Assembly (NCBI RefSeq): GCF_036365525.1
Contig: NC_090404.1
Location: 12,180,550-12,244,549, forward strand
Source of the DNA: Heterodontus francisci
Taxonomy: Eukaryota
Reading direction: 5' to 3'
DNA: 64,000 bases
Both the position numbers and the translations under genes were made by a program. Below the pieces are notes generated by a model. That model was not told the origin of the DNA. It searched no databases and saw only the letters and a program-made list of their open reading frames with translations. Shown piece after piece: positions 37,227 through 48,499 of the stretch (its first letter is position 1; every line of letters begins with the position of its first letter).

Positions 37227-38256
37227 AGACTCAGTGCACAGTAACAGACCGCGGTGTCAGACGGCCGCAGCTCCGAGATGGTCAATCGGTACAACTTGTC
37301 TGAATGCTGGACTGTATCAGAAAATTGGTTGTGAGCGAAATCCGCCTCAAATTCAGCGTGGCTCTTGTCCCTCCAGACTGAAAACTCGGGCTGTCTGCCT
37401 GGGTGTTGTTGGTACCAGAATAAGTAATAACCATCGTCGATACAGATGCAGGTTAAAGTGACATCTTCTCCCTCTGTCTGTGTGAGCGAGGACTCCCGCT
37501 GACTGACAGAATCTCCATCTCTCAGATCTGGAACACATGGTTAAAGAAAGGGGAAATCACCGATTAAAAGTTCAAAATAGACCGAACTGACGGTGAAAAT
37601 TCTGTCAGTGTTTCATAAATTTAAATAGAATTTAAAGCACAGGTCATTCGGCCCAACTGGTCCATGCCAGGGTTCCCACTCCCCACGAGCATGCTCCACC
37701 CCTCTTCATCTCACTCTAATAGCATATCCTTCCACCCCTTTCTCTCTCATCTGTTTATCTAGCTTCCCCTTAAATGCATCTCTGCTATTCACCATTCTCT
37801 GGATGAAGAAGTTTGAATTCCCGAGTGGATCTTTTGGCGATTCTAATATTTATGACCCATTGTTTTGGTATCCTCTTCAAGTGGAAACATCTTCTCCAGT
37901 TCTACCTATTGAATACCTTGATAATTTTAAAGACATCAATCAGGTTGCCCTCAGTCTTCTCTTTACGAGAGGAAAGAGCCTCAGCTGGTACAATGTTTTC
38001 TGATAGCTATTATTTCTCAATTCTGGCATCATCCTTGTAAATCGTTTTTTGCATTTTTTCCCTACATCCTTGTTGTCATATGGCGACCAGAGCTGCTCAC
38101 AATACTCCAATTGTGGTCTGACCAAGTTCGACACAATTTCCCATGAACTCTGTTTTTTCAAATTTATTTCTGTCGAAATTAATCCCTTTTTAAAGTTTGG
38201 AATTTCTTACCGATAACAAATGTCACCCAGAGCCCAGCGAGAAGAGGGAGCCGTAT
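37227..38256 (-). pseudogene. TCR alpha/delta-type V pseudogene (leader 38256-38211 with ATG>ATA; V exon 37527-37227 open; CR1 fragment in intron)
   Basis: Leader IRLPLLAGLWVTFVI+G|GTAAG; exon DLRDGDSVSQRESSLTQTEGEDVTLTCICIDDGYYLFWYQQHPGRQPEFSVWRDKSHAEFEADFAHNQFSDTVQHSDKLYRLTISELRPSDTAVCYCALS. Absent from the ORF track. Confidence 0.88.
37625..38160 (-). mobile_element. CR1 3' fragment inserted in the leader intron of the V pseudogene
   Basis: LVRPQLEYCEQLWSPY on minus strand plus CR1-type tail. Confidence 0.8.
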
Positions 38257-38331
38257 TGCTGCTGCTGCGGAATTCGAGGGACTTTCGACCTCTCAGAAAT
38301 CTGGAGAACATGAAAAGAGCTGAGGCTGGTC

Positions 38332-38405
38332 TGACGTCACTTCCTGAAGAGCCTCAAATGGAGAAAGCTGAGAGGATTGGCTCTGACTGGTCTGATGTCA
38401 CTTCC
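38332..38405 (-). promoter_or_regulatory. V promoter with two Ets-CRE/TCR-decamer elements and CCAAT
   Basis: Minus strand GGA-AGTGACGTCA (38341-38332) and GGA-AGTGACATCA (38402-38393), both matching the TCR V decamer AGTGAYRTCA; CCAAT at 38380-38376. Confidence 0.75.
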
Positions 38406-38768
38406 TTAACCACAAGTCCTTGTTTATTTTAGAGAACTGAGAAAGTAAATTCGCATTCTGCTCATCAGAGAGAAAGATTAATAAACGTGAACAGATGGAT
38501 CTCTAGTTGACCAGAGACAGAATGATCTCGAATTGATCTGAGAGGAGCTTGATGTTTAGTTGATCTGAGAGACAGTTTGATCTCCAATTGATCAGAAAGA
38601 AAGTTTTGTCTTTGCTTGACCTGAGGGAAGCCCTGTCAAGAAACAAAGACTGGTGTTGAATGCAGATAAAGATGTTCAGTTTATTTCACTATCACTAATC
38701 AGACCTATCTGGTTGACGGGTTCGGGTTTGTTTACTCCTCTGCTGAAGACACACAAGGGGAAGATTTC

Positions 38769-40800
38769 AAAGAACAAAGAACAAAGAACAGTACAGCACA
38801 GGAACAGGCCATTCGGCCCTCCAAGCCTGCGCCAATCTTGATGCCTGCCTAAACTAACACCATCTGCACTTCCGGGGCCCATATCCCTCTATTCCCTTCC
38901 TATTCATATATTTGTCAAGATGTCTCTTAAACTATCGTATCTGCTTCCACCACCTCCCCTGGCAGCAAGTTCCAGGCACTCACCACCCTCTGTGTAAAAA
39001 ACTTGCCTCGCACATCCCCTCTAAACTTTGCCCCTCGCACCTTAAACCTATGTCCCCTAGTAACTGACTCCTCCACCCTGGGAAAAAGCTTCTGACTATC
39101 CACTCTGTCCATGCCACTCATAACTTTGTAAACCTCTATAATGTCGCCCCTCCACCTCTGTCGTTCCAGTGAAAACAATCCGAGTTTATCCAACCTCTCC
39201 TCATAGCTAATGCCCTCCAGACCAGGCAACACCCTGATAAATCTCCTCTGCACCCTCTCCAAAGCCTCCACGTCCTTCTGGGAGTGTGGCGACCAGAATT
39301 GCACGCAATATTCTAAGTGTGGCCTAACTAAGGTTCTGTACAGCTGCAACATGACTTGCCAATTTTTATACTCTATGCCCCGACCGATGAACGCAAGCAT
39401 GCCGTATGCCTTCTTGACTACTTTATCCACCTGCGTTGCCATTTTCAGTGACCTGTGGACCTGTATGCCCAGATCTCTCTGCCTGTCAATTCTCCTAAGG
39501 GTTCTGCCATTTACTGTATACCTTCCACCTGCATTAGACCTTCCAAAATGCATTACCTCACATTTGTCCGGATTAAACTCCATCTGCCATTTCTCCGCCC
39601 AAGTCTCCAACCGATCTATGTCCTGCTGTATCCTCTGACAATCCTCATCATTATCCGCAGCTCCACCAACCTTTGTGTCATCCGCAAACCTACTAATCAG
39701 ACCAGCTACATTTTCCTCCAAATCATTTATATATATTACAAAGAGTAAAGGTCCCAGCGTTGATCCCTGCGGAACACCACTAGTCACATCCCTCCATTCA
39801 GAAAATCACCCATCTACTGTTACCCTCTGTCTTTTGTGACTGAGCCAGTTCTGTATCCATCTTGCCAGCTCACCTCTGATCCCGTGTGACTTCACCTTTT
39901 GCACCGGTCTGCCATGCGGGACCTTGTCAAAGGCTTTACTAAAGTCCATATGGACAACATCCACCTCATCAATCATCTTCGTCACTTCCTCAAAAAACGC
40001 AATTAAATTAGTAAGACACGACCTCCCCTTCACAAAACCATGCTGTCTCCCGCTAATAAGTTCGTTTGTTTCCAAATGGGAGTAAATCCTGTCCCGAAGA
40101 ATCCTCTCTAATAGTTTCCCGACCACTGACGTAAGGCTCACCGGCATATAATTTCCTGAATTATCCTTACCACCCTTCTTAAACAAAGGAACAACATTGG
40201 CTATTCTCCAGTCCTCTGGGACCTCACCTATAGCCAATGAGGATGCAAAGATTTCTGTCAAGGCCCCAGAAATTTCTTCCCTTGCCTCCTTCAGTATTCT
40301 GGGGTAGATCCCATCAGGCCCTGGGGACTTATCTACCTTAATAATATAAAAGCAAAGTACTGCGGATGCTGGAAATCTGAAACAAAAACAAGAAATGCTG
40401 GATTCACTCAGCAGGTCTGGCAGCATCTGTGGAAAGAGAAGCAGAGTTAACGTTTCGGGTCAGTGACCCTTCTTCGGAACTCAAGAAGGGTCACTGACCC
40501 GAAACGTTAACTCTGCTTCTCTTTCCACAGATGCTGCCAGACCTGCTGAGTGACTTATCTACCTGAATGCTTTGCAAGACACCCAACACCTCCTCCTTTT
40601 TGATAATGAGATGACTAAGACTATCTGCACTCCCTTCCCTAGGCTCATCATCCACCAAGTCCTTCTCCTTGGTGAATACGGATGCAAAGTACTCATTTAG
40701 CACCTCACCCATTTCCTCTGGCTCCACGCATAGCTTCCCATCTCTGTCCTTGACTGGGCCAACCCTTTCCCTGGTTACCCTGTTGCTCTTTATATATGTA
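38769..40800 (-). mobile_element. CR1 LINE (RT and 3' end), interrupted by a hairpin insertion
   Basis: ORFs 38927-39787 and 39806-40426 (GVPQGSTLGP, FADDT, DFSKAFDKVPH); (ttctttg)n tail. Confidence 0.93.
40339..40551. mobile_element. Penelope pLTR-derived inverted (hairpin) insertion with 13-bp target duplication
   Basis: Arms 40404-40474 and 40483-40553 are reverse complements; GACTTATCTACCT at 40326-40338 and 40552-40564. Confidence 0.85.
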
Positions 40801-41088
40801 TATTTCCTCTGGTGTCTCTGTGATCGTGACATATCAAACAGAACGGGAAAATGCATGGGCAGTGAACTGGAGAAACTTGCAATTTAACCCCCATTACCCG
40901 CTATGTTGGCCTGGTTTTCGCCTGTCGATTCCTCATTATAGAGTGAATGAAATCTGAAATCTGACTCCTCTATTCAGAGCTGATGGGAGCTGCCTTGCGG
41001 GAACATTCTGTCTGGAGAATAACCTACCTGTTCAGTGTCTCACAGAGCGGGCAGCCACACACTGTTCAAGTTACACACAGTGTGCTGA

Positions 41089-41127
41089 AGTATTTGTGCA
41101 GGGTGCACACGGAACTGTGTAGCTGTG
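41089..41127 (-). other. 23-RSS of TCR V pseudogene
   Basis: Minus strand CACAGCT(41127-41121)-23 bp-ACAAATACT(41097-41089). Confidence 0.88.
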
Positions 41128-41572
41128 TGTCTCAGGGCACAGTAATATACGGCGCTGTCTGACAGCTCCGCCGCAGAAACAGTCAGCGGAACCGTACTCT
41201 CTCCTGTGCTCAACTCTGCTGTAAAACGGTCCTTGGCGAAGTGGACTGGAAAGGTGTCATATTGGGTTATAAGCAACACGTTTACCGGAGCCCGACCGGG
41301 AAGCTGCCAGTACCAGAAAAGATAAGGGTTTGTACTTGTTGTTTCAAAACTTCAATTCAGCATCACCACTCCTTCTTCCCGCACTGTCTTGGTCGAATAG
41401 CCCTGATGAACCGAATCACCGCCAACGCTGCCGGCTGAAAGAGAAATTAAACATGAACAACTAACCGCCTCAATAACCAGACCTGTTAGTGTTTATTTAT
41501 ACACAGATTCTACATGTACTTACACAGCACAGAGAGGGCCCAAACCAGGCTGGAATAAATAAGGAAACACAT
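41128..41572 (-). pseudogene. TCR alpha/delta-type V with a single nonsense codon at conserved Cys23 (leader 41572-41524, V exon 41434-41128)
   Basis: MCFLIYSSLVWALSVL|SGSVGGDSVHQGYSTKTVREEGVVMLN*SFETTSTNPYLFWYWQLPGRAPVNVLLITQYDTFPVHFAKDRFTAELSTGESTVPLTVSAAELSDSAVYYCALR; TGA at 41354-41352; GT/AG sites intact. Confidence 0.92.
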
Positions 41573-42670
41573 CACTGTCCGCTTGTCGAATGAGAGCAGC
41601 GACACTTTCTCTCCAGTGGCAAAAACTGCCACCCACACCGGAGCAGGCTGATCTATTTTACCCTGTGACAGGGATAGAAAGGAAACTGACTCTGCAGTCA
41701 TGTCATATCCGTTATTGACAATGTCACATCATCAGGGAACAGGAAGAATTGTTGCGGTCGCTGTTTGTGCAGCAACATCAGAAATGTTTCATTGAAGAGT
41801 CCTCTGGACAGTATTTCCAGCGAAATTGTAAACTTTGTTTTTACTTGTTCAACCATTTAATCACAAAGAATGTATTTAAGGTCAGCTGAGAGAGAGGTCA
41901 GAGGAAACCATCGCGGAACTATTTACGATTCACTGTATTCAATGAACAGGGCAATTATCCCACTCAGTTCGTTATTCAGTTCATTTGCATGTACCTGTGG
42001 TATTTTACATGGACAGTACGGAGCTGCCATTAGCGTTAACGGGGGACAGGATATGATTTTAATCACTGAACACAACCGAGAGTCGGTGGAAAATCGTTCC
42101 AGAGCCACAATTGGCCAGAGACTGAATGATGCCAGTTTTCCTGGGTCGATGGCGCCCCCTAGTCTCTCTTTAATTCCCCATTTCATAGAATCCTGCGGCA
42201 ATGGAGGAGGCCATTCGGTCCATCGTGTACGTGCTGGCATTTGATTATTGCCACTGCTGTGCTCTTCCCCCATAGGCCTGTAAATTTATCCTTTTCAAGT
42301 ATATATTTAATTAATTTCTGGGAATTCCTATTTGGACAGGAAGGGCGTGAACTGCACAAGAATTGTGATAATGGAGTGAGTTTAGTCCTCGGGAATTGCT
42401 CGGTGTTCGGAATGCGTGTGCGCCCATCTGTGTGGTGGTCTATCTCAATTATATACACTGTGTGTGTACATGTGTGTGTGCGCAGTTAAACAGGATATAG
42501 TTATTTTAATAAATGAATAATTGACAGAAAGATGGAGACTGTAAAGTATTAAGCTTATAATATTGGAAGATGGTTGCAAACAATGACCGGCTGAAGGTTT
42601 TCCTGGTAACCTCACCTCACGTGGGCTGTTTAATGTCGAGCGAACATTCCCGCCTCGGTTATGTTGTGAA

Positions 42671-42772
42671 GTGCTTGTGCTAGTGATCATCAGCAGATTA
42701 CTGATGAAGAGAGGGACACAGGTGCTTGTGCTAGTGATCATCAGCAGATTACTGGTGAAGAGAGGGACACAG
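42671..42772 (+). repeat. 51-bp tandem duplication
   Basis: gtgcttgtgctagtgatcatcagcagattactg(a/g)tgaagagagggacacag x2. Confidence 0.9.
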
Positions 42773-43309
42773 GTACCTCGCCACTTCCTCACCACAGGCT
42801 CATTAGCTGTTACCATCCAGCTCCAGTGCAGTGAACTCCTCCCTGGGACGGATCAGGGTCAGACACTGAACACACTGCACCCCACCAGGGACATCACAAA
42901 CTGCCCCCTCCCTGGTTTCGTCATTGCTGGAGGGATTGAAGCCGGAATATTGGAACAGGATTGGCCATTCAGCCCCTTCGAGCCTGATGAAACATTCTAT
43001 TAGATCATGGCTGATCTGCACCTCAGTTCCATTTTCCCGCCTTTGATCCATTTCCTTTGATATATTTACCTACAAGAATCTATTGCTTCGTGTCTTGAGA
43101 ATGTGCAGGGTTACAGGGGGAAGGTGGGGGAATGGCATTAGGTGAATTGCTCTTTCGGAGAGCCAGTGCAGACAGGATGGGCCGAACGTCCTCCTTCTGT
43201 GCTGGAACAATTCTGTGATTCTGATTCGGCGATTTTAACCAAATTGACATCAAGATCTGACAGAAGCTCTCGATTCATTAGAACATGATTATTATCATTT
43301 TTTGAATGT

Positions 43310-44085
43310 GGAAGGAGAAATGTTTGTCTCGATGTCTGAAACAATTTCAAACATCAATGTGACTGGAAAAGCACCGAGACACACACACCCGAGTGGGAGT
43401 GTTCCAGTGCACTGACTGTGGAAAGAGCTTTAACCAGTTACACAGCCTGAAAAACCATCATTCCATTCACAACTGGGAGAAACAGTACACGTGTTCTGTG
43501 TGTGGCTGAGGCTTTCACTGATCATCCGATCTGGAGAGAAAGAAGGACACCCACTCCACGGCAAAACCGTGGACATTTGGAGACTGTAGGAGGGGATTCA
43601 AGTGTGAGAGGCTGTTCCGCTGCTCCATTTGTGGGAACGAATTCACTCAGTCATCCAACATCAGCGTGTTCAAACTGGAGGGCGTCCGTTCACCTGTATT
43701 GAATGTGGGAAGGTATTAAATGTTTTATCGCACCTTCTGTCGCACCAGCGAGTTCACTCTGATAAGAGACCGTTTAAATTTTTTGATTGTGTAAAGAGCT
43801 TTAAGAACAAAAGTCAACTGCTAAGACACCAGCAGCTTCACACTGGGGAGAGGCCGTTCACCTGCTCCGTGTGTGGAGACAGATTCACTTGATGCAGCAA
43901 CCTCGCTTTACATCAACTTGTTCATACCGAGCAGAAACCGTTTAAATGTTCCAACTGTGAAATGAGCTTTAAAAGCGCAAGTGATTTGCTGAAAAGCCAG
44001 TGAGTTCATATTGGGGAGAGGCCGTGCGTGGAAAGGGATTTAATCGATCAGCCAACCTGATGAGATACCAAAAAGTTCACAACTT
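43310..44085 (+). pseudogene. Krueppel-type C2H2 zinc-finger array pseudogene
   Basis: [45 protein letters not shown] with TGERP linkers; stops and frameshifts. Confidence 0.85.
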
Positions 44086-44409
44086 TAAAAGTGACTGCAG
44101 GGATTCACATCCAGTTAATCAGATCTAGGACTGACCCATGTTTATTCTGACTGCCGGGCTTCATATCTGCTGATATTAATAATACTTATAACTGGGATGG
44201 AATTTGATATTCTGGCGATGTCTTTACTTTACTTTGTAGCCATTACTCTTGAAATAAAGTATCTCCCTTCAGGCTATGCTCAAGGTTTAGTGGGATGCAA
44301 CCAAACAGTGATTTACATCCACATTTTTCAATTTATTATGTTGTATTTGATGCTCCTGATGCGGTCTGCTCCACACTGGGCAGACCGAACACCTCTGTTC
44401 AGATTATCA

Positions 44410-45645
44410 AGTATAGTAATATCAAGCAGCTCTTGCTTATCAATAACCTGCTCAGTGAAGCTCAGTTTTGTTTCCGCCAGGGTCACTCAGCTCCTGACCT
44501 CATGACGGCCTTGGTTCAAACATGGACAAAGGAGCTGAACTCAACAGGTGGGATGAGAGTGAATGCCTTTGACATCAAGGCAGCATTTGACCGAGTGTGG
44601 CATCAAGGAGCCCCAGGAAACCTGGAGTCAATGGGAATCAGGGGAAAGCGCTCCACTGGTTGGAGTCATACCTAGCACAAAGAAATATGGTTGTTGTTGT
44701 TGGAGGTCAATCATCTCAGCTTTCGGATCTCACTGCAGGAGTTCCTCAGGGTAGTGTCCGAGGCCAAAACCATCTTCAGCTGCTTCATCAATGACCGTCC
44801 TTCAATTATAAGGTCAGAAGTGGGGATGTTCGTTGATGATTTTACGATGTTCAGCACCATTCGCGACTCCTCTGATACTGAAGCAGTCTGTGTAGAAATG
44901 TAGCAAGACCTGGACAATATCCAGGCTTGGGCTGACAAGTGGCAAGTAATATTCGCGCCACACAAGTGCCAGGAAATGACCATCTCCAACAAGAGTAAAT
45001 CTAACCATTCCCCCTTGACATTTGATGGCATTACGATCGCTGAATCCCCTACTAACAACATCCTCGGGGTTACCATTGACCAGTAACTGAACTGGAGTAG
45101 CCATATAAATACCATGGCTACAAGAACAGGTCAGAGACTAGGAATCCTGCGGTGAATAACTCACCTCCTGAGTCCCCAAAGCCCGTCCACCAAGGCACAA
45201 GTCAGGAGTATGATGGAATACTCTCCACCTGCCTGGATGGGTGCAGCTCCAACAACACTCAAGAAGCTGGACAGCATCCAAGACAAAGCAGCCGGCTTAA
45301 TTGACACCACATCCACAAACATTCACTCCCTCCACCACCAACGCACAGTGGCAGCAGTGTGTACCATCTACAAGATGCACTGCAGCAATGCACCAAGGCT
45401 CCGTAGACATCACCTTCCAAACACGCGACCTTCACCACCCAGAAGGACAAGGGCAACAGATGCATGGGAACAGCACCACCTGCAAGTTTCCCTCCAAGCC
45501 ACTCACTAACCTGACTTGGAACTATATCACCCTTTCTTCACTCTCGTTGGGTCGAAATCCAGGAGCTCCCTCCCGAACAGCACTGTGGGTGTACCTACCC
45601 CACATAGACTGCAGAGGTTCAAGAAGGCGGCACACCACCACCTCC
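44410..45645 (+). mobile_element. Non-LTR retrotransposon RT-to-3' fragment (AAHHH family)
   Basis: QFCFRQGHS, DIKAAFDRVWH, GVPQGS, MFVDD; same family as 15305-15865. Confidence 0.85.
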
Positions 45646-45869
45646 TCTGATGAAAGGTCACAGACCTGAAACGTTTACTCTACTTCCCTCTCCACAGATG
45701 TTCCATGACCTGCTGAGTATTTCTCGCACTTTCTGTTTTTATTTAACCTTTCCCGATGTTTCCCATTTGGCACCGCTCTTAAAATGTGCAGAGAGGCACC
45801 GGGTGGATCTATGGAGGAAGGAGTCACTCAGCTGCGCAGCTCCATTGATCAGATCTTCAACCATTGTTT

Positions 45870-46305
45870 TATTCATTCATGGGATGTGGGCGTCACTGGC
45901 TAGGCCAGCATTTATTGCCCATCCCCAATTGCCCTTGAGAAGGTGGTGGTGAGCTGCCTTCTTGAACCGCTGTAGTCCATTTGGGGTAGGTATACCCACA
46001 GTGCTGTTAGGAAGGGAGTTCCAGGATTTTGACCCAGTGACAGTGAAGGAACTGCGATATAGTTCCAAGACAGGACGGTGTGTGACTTGGAGAGGAACTT
46101 GCAGGTGATGGTGTTCCCATGTACTTGCTGCCCTTGTCCTTCTAGTTGGTAGAGTTCGCGGGTTTGGAAGGTGCTGTCTAAGGAGCCTTGGTGCATTGCT
46201 GCAGTGCATCTTGTAGATGGTATTCACTGCTGCCACTCTGCATCGGTGGTGGAGGGAGTGAATGTTTGCAGATGGGGTGCCAATCAAGCGGGCTGCTTTG
46301 CCCTG
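45870..46305 (-). mobile_element. 3' fragment of the same LINE family
   Basis: WNSLPNSTVG..FKKAAHHHLLKGN and tail on minus strand. Confidence 0.85.
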
Positions 46306-46309
46306 AGAA

Positions 46310-46790
46310 CAGACAGGCACTGACCTGATGCACCTTAGGGTGCCTCATTCATCCAACTGAACGGGCTATTGCTCAGATCTTCATTCACTGAGACCAGATC
46401 AGGATGCGGCTGATCCACTGAGGGGAGCCTCACGAACCTCCATCAGCAAAAATCTCAGATCTCTAACCTTTGAGACCAGGCATACACTGAACGGATCCCT
46501 CGTAAGGCTCCTCACACAGCTGTAAAGGGACATTGCTCAGATAGTTAACCGTGATGTATAGAGAGGCACTGAGATGATGCACCATAGGGAGCCTCAGTCA
46601 TCTGCACAGTTACATTGTTAAGATTTTTAACCATTGAATACAGACAGTATCTGGGTTCATGCACAGAGGGGGCCTCATTCACCTGCACAAGTCCTTTGCT
46701 CAGATTTTAAACATTGAATACTTACAAATAAAGGACCAATCCCCTGTGGGAGCCTCACTCACTTACACTGGGCCGTTTCTCAGATCTTCC
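46310..46790. repeat. Degenerate ~80-bp tandem repeat
   Basis: Recurring gggagcctca..ttgctcagat..accattga/actgagaccag motifs, ~6 units. Confidence 0.6.
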
Positions 46791-46949
46791 TTTCATTGTA
46801 ATACTTCATAATTTTAACCCGCTGTTTATTTTTCTGCTCCCTGGCTAGATTTTTTTAACCTCTGCTTATCTCTATCATTCTGTTTTTTCCTTTTGCCCCT
46901 TTCTTCCCATCTCCCCAATTCCCTTCACAATGACCAGATACACAAGAGC

Positions 46950-47540
46950 ACAAGAGATAGGAACAGAGGTCGACCATATGGCCCATCGGGACAACTCCGC
47001 CATTCAATACGATCATGGCTGGTCTTCGGCTTCAACTTCATTTTTCTGGCAGCTCCCCATATCCCTTGATTCCCTGCGAGCCCAAAATTCTATCTATCTC
47101 AGCCTTAAACGTATTCAATGATGGAGCATCCACAATCCTCTGGGGGAGAGAATTCCAAAGATTCACAAACCTTTGAGTGAAATAATTTCTCCTCATCTCA
47201 GTCCTGAATGATTGGCCCCTTATCCTTCGACTGTGTCCCTGTGTTCTAGATTCCCTGACCAGTGGGAACAATCTCTCAGCTTCTACCCTATCAAGCCCTT
47301 CCAAAATCTTGTATGTCGCAATTAAATCGCCTGTCATTCTTCTAAACTCCAGAGAATATAGACCCAATTTACTCAGTCTCTCATCATAGGACAACGCCTT
47401 CATTCCAGGGTCCAATTTAGTAAATCTTCGCTGCACTGTCTCCATTGCAATCTGTCATTTCTTAAATGTGCAGACCAAAACTGCACAGAATATTCCCAGT
47501 GCGGTTTCACCAAAGCTCTGTACAATTTTAGTAAGCCTTC
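46950..47540 (-). mobile_element. CR1 3' fragment
   Basis: ETVQRRFTK..LGLYSLEFRRM..NLWNSLP. Confidence 0.85.
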
Positions 47541-48499
47541 TATTGCCATAAACGGATGGGCAAAATCATTTGAAAGCGATCTTGAAACAACAGACAGGTG
47601 ACAGAAAAACAAAGAACAAGTTAAAATAAAACAATTATTCTGATGAAATAGGACAACACAAGTGTTTGAATGAAAGGAAGATCTCAATGTCGTTCTGCAG
47701 GTGAGTGCGGGTTCCCTTGGTCGATCAGTTGAGTGCCTGTCTTTATGTAATGGTTAAAAGATGATCACCATATAACAGCCCACAGACTCAGCTCCCAGCG
47801 ACCGAGGCCTCACAGAGGCTCAGGAAGGAACAATTAGGGAGACTGGCACATGGCCGAAGCCATAACCCGCCCACCCCCATCTCCACCACCACCTTCATCC
47901 AGGATACAGGCAACTCCCCTTGGAGTTTTCCACACCTGGGGTGCGGGGTCGGTGATGCAGAAAGCTGTTACTTGGCAGGTGAGGGTTCTGAACAGGGGAG
48001 AGCGGGGTTTGAGTGACAAGCCTCTGCGATTTTGGAGGAAAGCAAAGTCACTGACCTGCAGTCAGATTGATAAATGTCTCTGTATATTTAAACTTCCTGA
48101 CTCACTGCACAAGCATTGAAAATCTATTGTAGGAGAACGGATTAGAAAGAGAGGCGTGGTCTGGTGAAGTAATAACTGAGATATGGCCTAATTGTTAGAA
48201 AGAGAGAGGGCCTTGTGTACCATACACAGTGATATGGTCTAGTTTCATAGAAGCAGAGACATGGTCTAGTCTAATATAAACAGAGACAAGGTCTAATATA
48301 ATCGTAACAAAGACCTGGTCGAGTGCAGTTATAACTGAGCCAAGGCATAGTGTAATATAAGCAGGGACATGGTCGAGTGCAGTAATTAGAGAGACAGGGT
48401 CTAGAGTAATGTAAAGAGGGGTATTATCTAGTGCAGTTTAACTGAGACAGGACCTAGTGTAGTATAACCATTGACATGGCTTAGTTCAGTAATAATTGA

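Noticed and set aside
37227-37527. NAR-TCR 'supporting' V-delta (leaderless, extra CDR1 Cys)
   Set aside because: A recognisable leader exon and promoter exist at 38211-38405, no NAR V-D-J lies upstream, the heptamer is broken, and the extra Cys fit TAT>TGT decay.
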